A stretch of 64,000 bases of DNA from NCBI GenBank assembly GCA_036002305.1, contig DASYTL010000026.1:19235-83234 (forward strand). Direction: 5' to 3'. The position numbers were made by a program, and so were the translations under genes. Below are positions 9,573 through 17,976 of the stretch, piece by piece (positions within the stretch are counted from its first letter, which is position 1; each line of letters opens with the position of its first letter). Source of the stretch: Candidatus Limnocylindria bacterium (GTDB taxonomy: Bacteria > Chloroflexota > Limnocylindria > P2-11E). The notes beneath the pieces were generated by a model that saw only the letters and a list, made by a program, of their open reading frames with translations, searched no databases and was not told the DNA's origin.

Positions 9573-10438
9573 TCACGCACCCGTTCACCTACCAGACACC
9601 GGCCACGATCGACGAGGCGGTGCAGGCGCTGGGCCGCTCGCGCGAGGCGAAGGTGATCGCCGGCGGCCACAGCCTCCTTCCCCTGATGAAGCTCGGGCTC
9701 GCGCAGCCCGAGACGCTCATCGACCTGCGCCGCATCGCCGCGCTGCGCGACATCCGGCGCGAGCCGGACGGCACCATCTCGATCGGCGCGCTCGCAACCC
9801 ATCGCGCGATCGCGGACGATCCGGCGGTCCGTGCGGGGCTCGCCGCGCTGGCGGAGGCCGCGGCCGCGGTCGGCGACCCGCAGGTCCGCACGCGCGGCAC
9901 CATCGGCGGCAGCCTCGCTCACGCGGACCCCGCGGCCGACGAGCCCGCGCCCACGCTCGCGTTCGACGCGACCATCCGCGCGGTTGGCCCGAAGGGACGG
10001 CGCGACATCCCCGCGCCGGAGTTCTCCAAGGGCACGTTCGAGACGGCGCTCGGGCCCGGCGAGATCCTCGCCGAGATCCGCTTCCCGGCGCAGCCCGCCC
10101 GCACCGGCAGCGCCTACGTGAAGTTCCCGCATCCGGCATCCCGCTTCGCGGTCGTTGGCGTCGCGGCGGTGGTCACCGCAAAACCCGACGGGACAATCGA
10201 ACGCGCGGCGATCGGCGTAGCGGGAGCCGCCGCGAAGCCCCAACGCGCCACAGAGGCGGAGAAGGCCATCACCGGAACGAAGGGCGACGCAAAGGCTGTC
10301 GTCGCCGCCGCCGCGAAGGCGGCGAACGGCATGACCACACTCGCGGACCTCGTCGCCTCATCCGAGTACCGCGCGCATCTCGTGACCGTGTACGCGCGTC
10401 GAGCGCTCGAGCGCGCCATCGAACGCGCGCGGGCCTAG
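9569..10438 (+). CDS. coxM: FAD-binding medium subunit (CoxM-like)
   Basis: ATGA overlap with coxL. KVIAGGHSLLPLMKLGLAQPETLIDL...GTIGGSLAHADPAAD...SSEYRAHLVTVYARRAL. Confidence 0.9.
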   Translation: MITHPFTYQTPATIDEAVQALGRSREAKVIAGGHSLLPLMKLGLAQPETLIDLRRIAALRDIRREPDGTISIGALATHRAIADDPAVRAGLAALAEAAAAVGDPQVRTRGTIGGSLAHADPAADEPAPTLAFDATIRAVGPKGRRDIPAPEFSKGTFETALGPGEILAEIRFPAQPARTGSAYVKFPHPASRFAVVGVAAVVTAKPDGTIERAAIGVAGAAAKPQRATEAEKAITGTKGDAKAVVAAAAKAANGMTTLADLVASSEYRAHLVTVYARRALERAIERARA

Positions 10439-10541
10439 CGACAACCGCAGCGGAACACGCGTGCGCCGGCGTACGGGGGGAGACGCCGGCGCACGCCGTC
10501 GCGGGGGCTCGGCCCCTCGTACCCCCATAGACTTTGCGGAC

Positions 10542-11438
10542 ATGGGAAGCGGACCCGCCTGGTCTTCCGTCGATGACGTGGCGGCGGCACTCGAACGCGA
10601 GCGCTACGTCGCCGATCGCGGGCTCGCGGTCACGCTCTTCCTCGCGCTGCGCCTCGGCAAGCCGCTGTTCGTCGAGGGCGAGGCGGGCGTCGGGAAGACC
10701 GAGATCGCGAAGGCGCTCGCGTCCTCCCTCGGTCGCCGGCTCATCCGGCTCCAGTGCTACGAGGGTCTCGACGTCGCGACCGCGGTCTACGACTGGGACT
10801 ATCCCCGGCAGATCCTCGAGATCCGCCTTGCCGAAGGAGAAGGACGCGCGAGCGAAGCGCGCGAGCGCATCTACAGCGAGCGTTTCCTGATCAAGCGCCC
10901 GCTGCTCGAGGCGATCTCACCGGAGAGCGCGCCGGTGCTCCTCATCGACGAGATCGACCGCGCGGACGAGGAGTTCGAGGCCTATCTGCTCGAGCTGCTC
11001 TCGGACTTCCAGATCACCGTGCCCGAGCTCGGGACGTTCCGCGCGGCGACGCCGCCGCCGGTGATCATCACCTCGAACCGGACGCGCGAGATCCACGACG
11101 CCCTCAAGCGCCGTTGCCTCTACCACTGGATCGACTACCCCACCGTCGAGCGCGAGCTCGCGATCGTCGCGCGGCGCCTGCCTGACGTGCCCGACCGGCT
11201 CGCCCGCAGCGTCGTCGCTGTGGTGCAGGCGCTGCGGCGTGACGACCTCTTCAAGCGTCCGGGAGTCGCCGAGACGCTGGACTGGGCGATGGCCCTCACC
11301 GCGCTCGGCAGCGACGTGCTCGACGAAGCGGTCATCGACGGGACGCTTGGGGTGCTGCTGAAGTACGAGGAAGACGTCTCCCGCGTGCGCTCGGAGATGC
11401 TTCCGCGCCTCGCGGCGGAGGCGGCGGCCGCGAGGTAG
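10542..11438 (+). CDS. MoxR-family AAA+ ATPase (CoxD-like)
   Basis: Inner ATG of ORF 10461..11438. Walker A FVEGEAGVGKTEIAKAL, Walker B VLLIDEIDRADEEFEAYLLELLSDFQITVPELG, then IITSNRTREIHDALKRRCLY. Confidence 0.85.
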   Translation: MGSGPAWSSVDDVAAALERERYVADRGLAVTLFLALRLGKPLFVEGEAGVGKTEIAKALASSLGRRLIRLQCYEGLDVATAVYDWDYPRQILEIRLAEGEGRASEARERIYSERFLIKRPLLEAISPESAPVLLIDEIDRADEEFEAYLLELLSDFQITVPELGTFRAATPPPVIITSNRTREIHDALKRRCLYHWIDYPTVERELAIVARRLPDVPDRLARSVVAVVQALRRDDLFKRPGVAETLDWAMALTALGSDVLDEAVIDGTLGVLLKYEEDVSRVRSEMLPRLAAEAAAAR

Positions 11439-11723
11439 CTCCGGACTGTTCATCAGGAAGAACTGAACGTGTGGGGGAGGAGTTACTGATGAGCGCTCTT
11501 AAAGCGCAGTTTTTGCGCGCCCAGTTTCTCCTTCTAGAGGCGTTCCGACCACTCGGATCCTCATATACCCGCTCGCTACCGGATCCGGTCGCAGCACGGT
11601 CGCAGCGGTCTTGGCATGGGCCGTGCCTGAGCACGGGGAGATGGAACGAAACGCATCCGAAACAGCACGTAGCCCGTTCGTCACTGTGCAGACCGCGGCA
11701 CCAGGGTGGAGCGTTATATAGGC

Positions 11724-11927
11724 ATGGACACCAACGCGGCACTCGACACGATCCTCGCGTTTCGCGCCATCTGGGACGCGAAGCGAGGGCGAGTGACGCT
11801 CGCCGACCTCGAGATCCACGTGCGCCGCTGCGTTCGCAGTCGCGGTCACGCGGCGCTTCCGCCCGAGCGCTGGCGCGTTCGTCCGTGGGGCCCGGTCACT
11901 CGTCACGAGTGGGTGTTCGAGCCTTAG
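11724..11927 (+). CDS. small hypothetical protein (67 aa); uncertain
   Basis: This is the only frame in the 11439-12003 spacer with high GC3. MDTNAALDTILAFRAIWDAKRGRVTLADLEIHVRRC... No family recognised. A TATATA element lies 4 nt upstream of the ATG. Confidence 0.3.
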   Translation: MDTNAALDTILAFRAIWDAKRGRVTLADLEIHVRRCVRSRGHAALPPERWRVRPWGPVTRHEWVFEP

Positions 11928-12003
11928 ACCCTCGCTGACCGCTAGGGACCGATCTGGTCCTGCTATCGCGTGGCGGCCCTTCGCACCCCTATCCTCGGCG
12001 GAC

Positions 12004-12816
12004 TTGCGCCCGCTCGCCCACCTCCTGACCGTCCTGATCCTGGTCGCCGGGTGCGGTGGCGCGTCCACGCCGGAACGCGACCCGCTCGCCGGCGTCTACC
12101 GCATCGGCGGGGGCGACTCCGCCCTCACTCACGTGCAGGCGCTGGCCGACGCGTTCGCGGCGAAGCATCCGGGAGTGAAGTTCCAGTACGACACGACGCT
12201 CGGATCGGACGGCGGCATCAACCTCAGCGCGAACGGGACGCTCGACCTCGGCATGGCCAGCCGCGAGCTCAGCCCCGCGGAGAGCGCGCTCGTCGACCGG
12301 GTATTGATCGGCGTGGCGGGCACAGGGCTGGTCGTGCACCAGAGCAATCCGCTGAAGGATCTGACAACCAGCCAGGTGCAGGCGATCTACGGCGGCAAGA
12401 TGACCGATTGGTCGGCGCTCGGCAATTCCAAGCTGCCGATCGTCCCGCTCGTCAGGGAGAAGGGCTCGAGCGCCCGTGCCGCGTTCGAGACCTACTTCTT
12501 CGGCGGCAAGCCCACCTACGGCGCCGGCGTGCTCGAGATCCAGGGCGGCGACCAGATCCGGCAGGCCGTCGCCGGGCGGCCTGGAGCCCTCGGGACCATC
12601 GGGGTCCAGAGCGACGACCCGCAGGGCGCGGGAATCCACCTCGTCACCATCGACGGCGTCACGCCCACCAAACAGGCGCTGCGCGACGGTACGTACAAGG
12701 TTCGCCGGCCCCTCTATCTGGTGTATTCGAGGACGGTCCAGCCCAAGCCGGCGATCGGCCAGTTCCTCGAATTCATCCGGAGCGCCGCGGGTCAGAGGAT
12801 CATCGACAAGCTCTGA
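12004..12816 (+). CDS. PstS-like periplasmic phosphate/anion-binding lipoprotein (PBP_like_2), without pstCAB partners
   Basis: TTG start. Leader LLTVLILVAGC. GGGDSALTHVQALADAF...LGSDGGI...DLGMASRELS...GTGLVVHQSNP...LTTSQVQAIYGG...REKGSSARAAFE. Confidence 0.75.
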   Translation: MRPLAHLLTVLILVAGCGGASTPERDPLAGVYRIGGGDSALTHVQALADAFAAKHPGVKFQYDTTLGSDGGINLSANGTLDLGMASRELSPAESALVDRVLIGVAGTGLVVHQSNPLKDLTTSQVQAIYGGKMTDWSALGNSKLPIVPLVREKGSSARAAFETYFFGGKPTYGAGVLEIQGGDQIRQAVAGRPGALGTIGVQSDDPQGAGIHLVTIDGVTPTKQALRDGTYKVRRPLYLVYSRTVQPKPAIGQFLEFIRSAAGQRIIDKL

Positions 12817-12897
12817 TCCGGCGAGCGTTCTCCGAACGACCGGCGCACCGTCAAGCATCTGATAGTCGGGTGAGCGGACGCCGCATAGACCAGCCAC

Positions 12898-14052
12898 ATG
12901 GCGATCCGGCTCGGCCCTCGGCTTTCTTCGTGGCGATACGAGGCCACGCCCGACGGGCCGGGCTCCCGGGACCTGCGCATCGATCTGCTGCGGGGCTTCT
13001 GCCTCTTCGCGATGATCGTCGACCACGTCGGCGGACAGTCCTCTTGGCTCTATGCCCTCACCGGCGGCGATCGCTTCGTCGTCTCGGCCGCGGAAGTCTT
13101 CGTCCTGCTCTCGGGGATCGCGCTTGGCATGGTCCATCGGACGACCATCCAGCGCCAGGGCGTCCGCGCGATGTTCGCGAAGCTCCTGCGGCGGGCCGTC
13201 CTTCTTTACCTTGTCGGGGCGGCGCTCACCCTCGCGTTCGCGTCGGCCTCGGTGGTGCTCGCCGCGCCCTGGGCCGCCCGGGCGACGCCCGCGCAGGACG
13301 AGGTCGACTTCGCGTTGTCGGTGCTCACGCTCCACCGCACGTATTCGCTCACCGACATCCTCGTGCTGTACACGCTGCTCGTGCTGGCGGCCGCGCCGGT
13401 CCTCGCGCTCATCGCGCGCGGGCACGGGCTCCTCGTGCTCGCCGGATCGGTCGCGGTCTGGGCCGTCGCGCAGCTCTGGCCCGCCTACCTCCCGGGCGTG
13501 TGGGTCATCACCGACGGCGGGTTCCCATTCGCCGCCTGGCAGCTCATTTTCTGCGTCGGCCTCGTCGTCGGGTACCACCGTGAGCGACTCGCCGCGCAGC
13601 TCCGCCCCTCGCGACTGCTGCTCCTCGGCGCCACGCTGACGATCGCGGTCTTCCTCATCCAGAGGCTCGTGACGGACGTCGGGGTCGACCCGCGTGAGCT
13701 GCTGTTCGACAAGAACGACGCGCGCCCGGGCCGCGTGCTCGCGCTCCTCGCGGCGGCGTCCTTCGGCTACGCCGCGCTCACGCTCGGCTGGGTCCCCGTT
13801 CGCCGCTTGCTGGGCTGGCTCCTTCTCGCTCTGGGACGCCGCTCGCTCTTCGCGTACTCGGTCCAGCTCTTCGTCGTCGCGTTCTTCTCGTCGGCCCTGA
13901 TGGCGCCCGTCCGGCTCGATCGCGAGAACGCGCTCTTCCAGGCGAGCGCGGTTCTCATCGTCTGGCTCGCCTGCGTCGCGACGCCGGAGCTCCGGCTCAG
14001 GACGCGTACGCTCGCGCGCCGAGTACCGTCGCGGGCGATGGCGAGCGCATAG
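12898..14052 (+). CDS. OpgC-family membrane protein (acyltransferase_3-like), paralog 1
   Basis: DLRIDLLRGFCLFAMIVDHVGGQSSWLYALTGGDRFVVSAAEVFVLLSGIALG, multi-TM. Clear paralog of the next gene. Confidence 0.7.
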   Translation: MAIRLGPRLSSWRYEATPDGPGSRDLRIDLLRGFCLFAMIVDHVGGQSSWLYALTGGDRFVVSAAEVFVLLSGIALGMVHRTTIQRQGVRAMFAKLLRRAVLLYLVGAALTLAFASASVVLAAPWAARATPAQDEVDFALSVLTLHRTYSLTDILVLYTLLVLAAAPVLALIARGHGLLVLAGSVAVWAVAQLWPAYLPGVWVITDGGFPFAAWQLIFCVGLVVGYHRERLAAQLRPSRLLLLGATLTIAVFLIQRLVTDVGVDPRELLFDKNDARPGRVLALLAAASFGYAALTLGWVPVRRLLGWLLLALGRRSLFAYSVQLFVVAFFSSALMAPVRLDRENALFQASAVLIVWLACVATPELRLRTRTLARRVPSRAMASA

Positions 14053-14117
14053 CGAGCGACCGCTCGGCGGCGAGCTTTTCACACTCGGCTCTTATCGACC
14101 GTCCCTACGATTCGCGG

Positions 14118-15323
14118 GTGCGGAACCGTCTGAGCTACGGGGCCTCCGCCGACGCCTCCTCGCGCCGCGATATGCGTCTCGACCTGCTGCGCGGCTTCTG
14201 CGTCGTCGTGATGGTCGCCGACCACATCGGCGGCGAGCGCTCCTGGCTCTACGTCATGACCGGAGGCAACCGCTTCTTCACCTCGGCCGCGGAGGGATTC
14301 GTGCTCATCTCCGGGATCGTGATGGGGACGGTCTATCGCAATGTGATCGTGCGCGAGGGTATGAACGCGATGCTCAGGAAGGTCCTGAAGCGCGCCGGCT
14401 TCCTCTATGTGCTCACCGTGGGCCTCACCCTCGCGTTCGCTCTCCTCTCCTACCTCATGGACAACGCCTGGTCTCGCGGCATGACCCCGGCGAGGCCGCT
14501 GGAGTTCCTGCTGGGCGTCGGGACGCTCCACCGCTCCTATCCGGTCACCGACGTACTCATGCTGTACACGCTCCTCGTGTTCGCCGCGCCGCCGCTCCTC
14601 TACCTGCTCGGGACGGGCCGCACGCGTCTCGCGCTCGCCGGAGCGTGGGGGCTCTGGCTCCTCTGGCAGATCTCGCCCCAGGAAGTGCAGTTCCCGTGGA
14701 ATGTGGTCGACGGCGGGTTCCCCTTCGCCGCCTGGCAGCTGCCCTTCGCGATGGGCGTGATCATCGGCTACCACCGCGAGCGGATCGCGCGTGACGTTTC
14801 AAGCTCGATGCGCGTGGGCATCGTCGTCGCCGGCTCGGTGATCGCGGTGCTGCTGATCGTCGCCTTCCAGCTCACCATCGCCGACCGCGCGAGCTCGCAG
14901 CCGTCGGCGCTCGCGTGGCTCCTTTCGTCGGACCTGGTGTTCGGCAAGAACGATCTGCGGCCGGGGCGCCTTCTCGCGCTCGTCGGGGTCGCGACGTTCG
15001 CGTTCGCGCTGGTCACGGCGCTGTGGGTGCCGATACGCCGCGGCCTCGGCTGGATCCTGATGCCGCTCGGCCAGCGCTCCCTCGGCGCCTACGGCATCCA
15101 TCTCTTCATCCTCAACTTCTCCAATTCGTGGGTAGGCGACCTGCTGCGGATCGGGACCGACAACACGCTGCTCCAGATCGTCGGCGTCCTGCTCATCTGG
15201 ATCGTGCTCCCGGTGATCCCGTGGCTCGGCGAGATCGAGCATCTCGCCAGCCGGGTCGTGCCGCTCACGCATCCGTTCGTGCAGCGCTTCGGCGCCCGCG
15301 TGGCCACGGCAGAGACCGGCTGA
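14118..15323 (+). CDS. OpgC-family membrane protein, paralog 2
   Basis: DMRLDLLRGFCVVVMVADHIGGERSWLYVMTGGNRFFTSAAEGFVLISGIVMG. Collinear similarity to 12898..14052. Confidence 0.7.
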   Translation: MRNRLSYGASADASSRRDMRLDLLRGFCVVVMVADHIGGERSWLYVMTGGNRFFTSAAEGFVLISGIVMGTVYRNVIVREGMNAMLRKVLKRAGFLYVLTVGLTLAFALLSYLMDNAWSRGMTPARPLEFLLGVGTLHRSYPVTDVLMLYTLLVFAAPPLLYLLGTGRTRLALAGAWGLWLLWQISPQEVQFPWNVVDGGFPFAAWQLPFAMGVIIGYHRERIARDVSSSMRVGIVVAGSVIAVLLIVAFQLTIADRASSQPSALAWLLSSDLVFGKNDLRPGRLLALVGVATFAFALVTALWVPIRRGLGWILMPLGQRSLGAYGIHLFILNFSNSWVGDLLRIGTDNTLLQIVGVLLIWIVLPVIPWLGEIEHLASRVVPLTHPFVQRFGARVATAETG

Positions 15324-15997
15324 TCACCGCCCGCCCGCGATTGACCCGCACCCTCGTCCTGCTGCTGGCGCTGGCGGTGGCCGGCGGCTGCCGCCAGGAT
15401 CTCTTCGGCGGCGCGAGCGCATCACCCACCGGACTGCCGGTGCCCGTCGCCACGGCCGCCGCGACCTTCCGGTTCAACGCGGACTCGGCGAGCTCGCTCG
15501 TTACCGTCCGCGTCCGCGAGCAGCTCGCCGGCTTCCCGGCGATGAGCGACGCGGTGCTCACGACGAGCGCGATCTTTGGCGTCGTCGGGCTCACGCGGGA
15601 CGGGCGGATCACGAGCGACACGGCGCTCCGCGTCGACCTGACTACCCTCGCGAGCGACGAGTCCCGGCGCGACAACTTCATCAAGAAAGAGACGCTCGAC
15701 GTCGAGCGCTACCCGAATGCGGAGCTCACCGTCATCGGGACTCATGGGCTGCCGCAGCCGCTGCCCGGGAGCGGCGAGTGGAGGTTCGGTCTCGTGACGT
15801 CGCTGAAAGTGCATGGCACGGCGCACGAGGTGACGTGGGACGTCACCGGGCAGCGCGTCGGCCGAGAGCTTCGCGCGACCGCGCGCACCACGGTCCATTT
15901 CGGCGACTTCGGTCTCCAGCGCCCCTCGGTGGCAGCTGTCCTCTCGGTCACCGACGACATCCGCCTGGAGGTCCTGCTGCGCGCGGTGCAGGGCTGA
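15320..15997 (+). CDS. YceI-like domain lipoprotein (second copy)
   Basis: VRVREQLAGF...VDLTTLASDESRRDNFIKKETLDVERYPNAEL...LKVHGTAHEVTWDV. Lipobox LLLALAVAGGC. Start is either CTG 15320 (CTGA overlap with the upstream stop) or TTG 15341. The track's ATG at 14915 lies deep inside the OpgC gene. Confidence 0.75.
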   Translation: MITARPRLTRTLVLLLALAVAGGCRQDLFGGASASPTGLPVPVATAAATFRFNADSASSLVTVRVREQLAGFPAMSDAVLTTSAIFGVVGLTRDGRITSDTALRVDLTTLASDESRRDNFIKKETLDVERYPNAELTVIGTHGLPQPLPGSGEWRFGLVTSLKVHGTAHEVTWDVTGQRVGRELRATARTTVHFGDFGLQRPSVAAVLSVTDDIRLEVLLRAVQG

Positions 15998-16914
15998 AGC
16001 GGCCGAAGGGGTTTCCACCCCCCTCGGACCCCCCGCGGGTCCTCGTCCTGGTCCTCTGCCTCGCCGTCGCCTGCCAGGGGCCGGCCGCGCCCGCGGGTCC
16101 GAGCGTCACTCGCCCGCCGGCCTCCGCTTCGCCCGCGTCGCCGTCACCGCTCGGCGCGGGGCGCCTGGTGAACGGCACCTTCCGCAGCGCGGTCCTGAAC
16201 CGGACGATGAAGTACTCGGTCTATCTGCCACCGGGCTACGACGCGGACCCGAATGCGCGCTTCCCGACCCTCTATCTGCTTCACGGCGGGGGCGGCTCGA
16301 ACCAGGAGTGGCTCGACTACGGCCTCCTGAAGGAGGCCGAGCGGCTGATGGGCTCTCGCGCGATACCCCAATTCATCATCGCGCTGCCCCAGGGGGACCA
16401 GGAGTACTGGGTCGACCACATCACGAGCCCCATCGACAACGGCGAACGGTGGGGGACTTACACCGCGCGTGAGGTGGTGCCCGAGATCGACCGCGCCTTC
16501 CGCACCTACGGCGCCGCCGACGCGCGCGCTCTCGGCGGTCTCTCGATGGGAGGGCATGCGGCGATGCAGCTGCCGATGAACCTTCCCGGGATCTGGAGCG
16601 TGATCGGTGCGCACAGCCCCTCGCTGCGTCCCGAGGGCGACGCCCCGACCTACCTTGGGCGCGGCGCGGAGTTCGCGGCGCGCGATCCGCTCAAGCTCAT
16701 CGCGGCACGGCCGGATCTCGCGCGCACCTACACCTGGTGGATCGATTCAGGCGACGCCGACCCCTGGCGGCGGGAGGCCGCGGCGATCCACGATCAGCTC
16801 ACGGCGCTTGGGATCGCGCACGACTGGCATGCGAATTCGGGCGATCACTCGGCGGCGTACTGGAGCGCGCACATCGCCGAGTATCTCGAGTTCTACGGGC
16901 GCGCCCTGCGTTAG
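15994..16914 (+). CDS. putative esterase (esterase D / PF00756-like) lipoprotein
   Basis: YLPPGYDADPNARFPTLYLLHGGGGS...ALGGLSMGGHAAM...GDHSAAYWSAHIAEYLEFY. Lipobox VLVLCLAVAC. The only start that keeps the leader is CTG 15994 (CTGA overlap with the YceI stop). The first canonical in-frame start (GTG 16168) removes it. Confidence 0.7.
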   Translation: MKRPKGFPPPSDPPRVLVLVLCLAVACQGPAAPAGPSVTRPPASASPASPSPLGAGRLVNGTFRSAVLNRTMKYSVYLPPGYDADPNARFPTLYLLHGGGGSNQEWLDYGLLKEAERLMGSRAIPQFIIALPQGDQEYWVDHITSPIDNGERWGTYTAREVVPEIDRAFRTYGAADARALGGLSMGGHAAMQLPMNLPGIWSVIGAHSPSLRPEGDAPTYLGRGAEFAARDPLKLIAARPDLARTYTWWIDSGDADPWRREAAAIHDQLTALGIAHDWHANSGDHSAAYWSAHIAEYLEFYGRALR

Positions 16915-17882
16915 GAGAGCGACGACCTCGGGATGTCGCGCTTCAGCGAGGCGTCGTAGAAGCGCAGGTAATCCTCGAGATGCGCGCTCCAGTACGCCGG
17001 TGAGTGATCGCCCGCCCAGAGGTGCCACTGGTGGCGGATGCCGAGCTCGGTGAGCTCGCCGTCGAACTGCCGCGCGACCGGTGCCCAGGGATCGGCCTCA
17101 CCGATGTCGATCCAGATCGCGAACGAGCAGCCCTCCCGGCCGCGTGCCTGCACGAGCTGCGTCGGATCACGCTTCGCGAAATCCGTCGCGGTGCCGAAGA
17201 ACGCGGGCGCGTTACCGAAGCGGCGAAGCACGAGGCTGTGCGCGCCGACCGCCGCGAATTCGCCCGGGTAGTTGAGCGCGAGCTGCAGTGCGCCGTGCGC
17301 ACCCATCGAGAGGCCGCCGATCGCGCGCGACTGCCGCCGGGGGATGGAGCGGAAGTTCGCCTCGACCTCGCTCACCACGTCGACCGCGGTGTAGCGTCCC
17401 CACTTCTGGCCGCCGCTCGCGTGGTCGACCCAGTACGCCCTCTCGCCTTCGGGCATGACGATGATCAGCGGCGCGATCTTGCCCGCCGCGATGAGCCGAT
17501 CGGCTGCCGCCGCGACACCCATGTCCTGCCACTGCCGGTCCGACCCGCCCATGCCGTGCAGCAGGTAGAGCGTCGGGTACGCGCGTGAGCTCCGCTCGTA
17601 TCCGGGCGGAAGGAAGATCCGGTACGGCATGGCGCGTTCGAGTGACGCGCTCCAGAACGTGCGCGACTCGACCCGACCGCTCGGTGTCTGGGGTGCGGCA
17701 TCCCACGTGACGGGCAGCGCCGCCGCGACGCTGGTGAGGACGAACTTCGCCGACGCGGACGGAGGGTTCGCCGGGGCGCTCGTCTGCCAGATCGCGATCG
17801 CAAGCACGAGCCCTACGGCGACCGGGGGAACGAGTGCCAGTCTCCCACCCACAGCGGGCTCAACTCTAAAGGGAGCGTCCAA
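16911..17882 (-). CDS. putative esterase (PF00756-like), paralog of the convergent neighbour
   Basis: FLPPGYERSSRAYPTLYLLHGMGGS...AIGGLSMGAHGAL...GDHSPAYWSAHLEDYLRFY. Start TTG 17882 or GTG about 30 nt downstream. The track's ATG at 18050 would overlap the DoxX gene. Confidence 0.7.
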   Translation of the reverse strand: MDAPFRVEPAVGGRLALVPPVAVGLVLAIAIWQTSAPANPPSASAKFVLTSVAAALPVTWDAAPQTPSGRVESRTFWSASLERAMPYRIFLPPGYERSSRAYPTLYLLHGMGGSDRQWQDMGVAAAADRLIAAGKIAPLIIVMPEGERAYWVDHASGGQKWGRYTAVDVVSEVEANFRSIPRRQSRAIGGLSMGAHGALQLALNYPGEFAAVGAHSLVLRRFGNAPAFFGTATDFAKRDPTQLVQARGREGCSFAIWIDIGEADPWAPVARQFDGELTELGIRHQWHLWAGDHSPAYWSAHLEDYLRFYDASLKRDIPRSSLS

Positions 17883-17976
17883 CGAAACGGTGGCTGCCGC
17901 GTAGCCCTTCCCCGACGTTCGGGAAGCAACGCCCGGCGGACGGTGTTGTTCCGGACAACGGCGGGAGGGCATACCG

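Noticed and set aside
8036-10438. Very long alternative-frame and antisense ORFs. Examples: 8036..10438 (800 aa), 8139..9503, 11989..14082 (697 aa), 22562..24673 (703 aa), 57480..60095 (871 aa), and the upstream 460 codons of 33929..36061.
   Set aside because: Their translations are R/P/G/A-rich with no motifs, and they lie exactly over genes with strong family signatures in another frame. Stop-free shadow frames are expected when GC3 is near saturation.
11600-11715. Cobalamin or TPP riboswitch in the post-moxR spacer. The stretches GGGAGATGGAACGAAACGCATCC...GTCACTGTG and CTGAG...CGTAGCC superficially recall the conserved cores.
   Set aside because: Only fragments match. The B12 box and the TPP ACCC/GGG pairings are not recoverable by eye, and the downstream genes are not typical targets. 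I kept it only as a generic structured-RNA candidate pending a covariance-model scan.
15778-15993. ATG 15778 as the start of the esterase, and ATG 14915 as the start of YceI-2, as given by the ORF track.
   Set aside because: Both would overlap the upstream genes by 220-400 nt and add R/G/P-rich junk before the obvious lipoprotein leaders.
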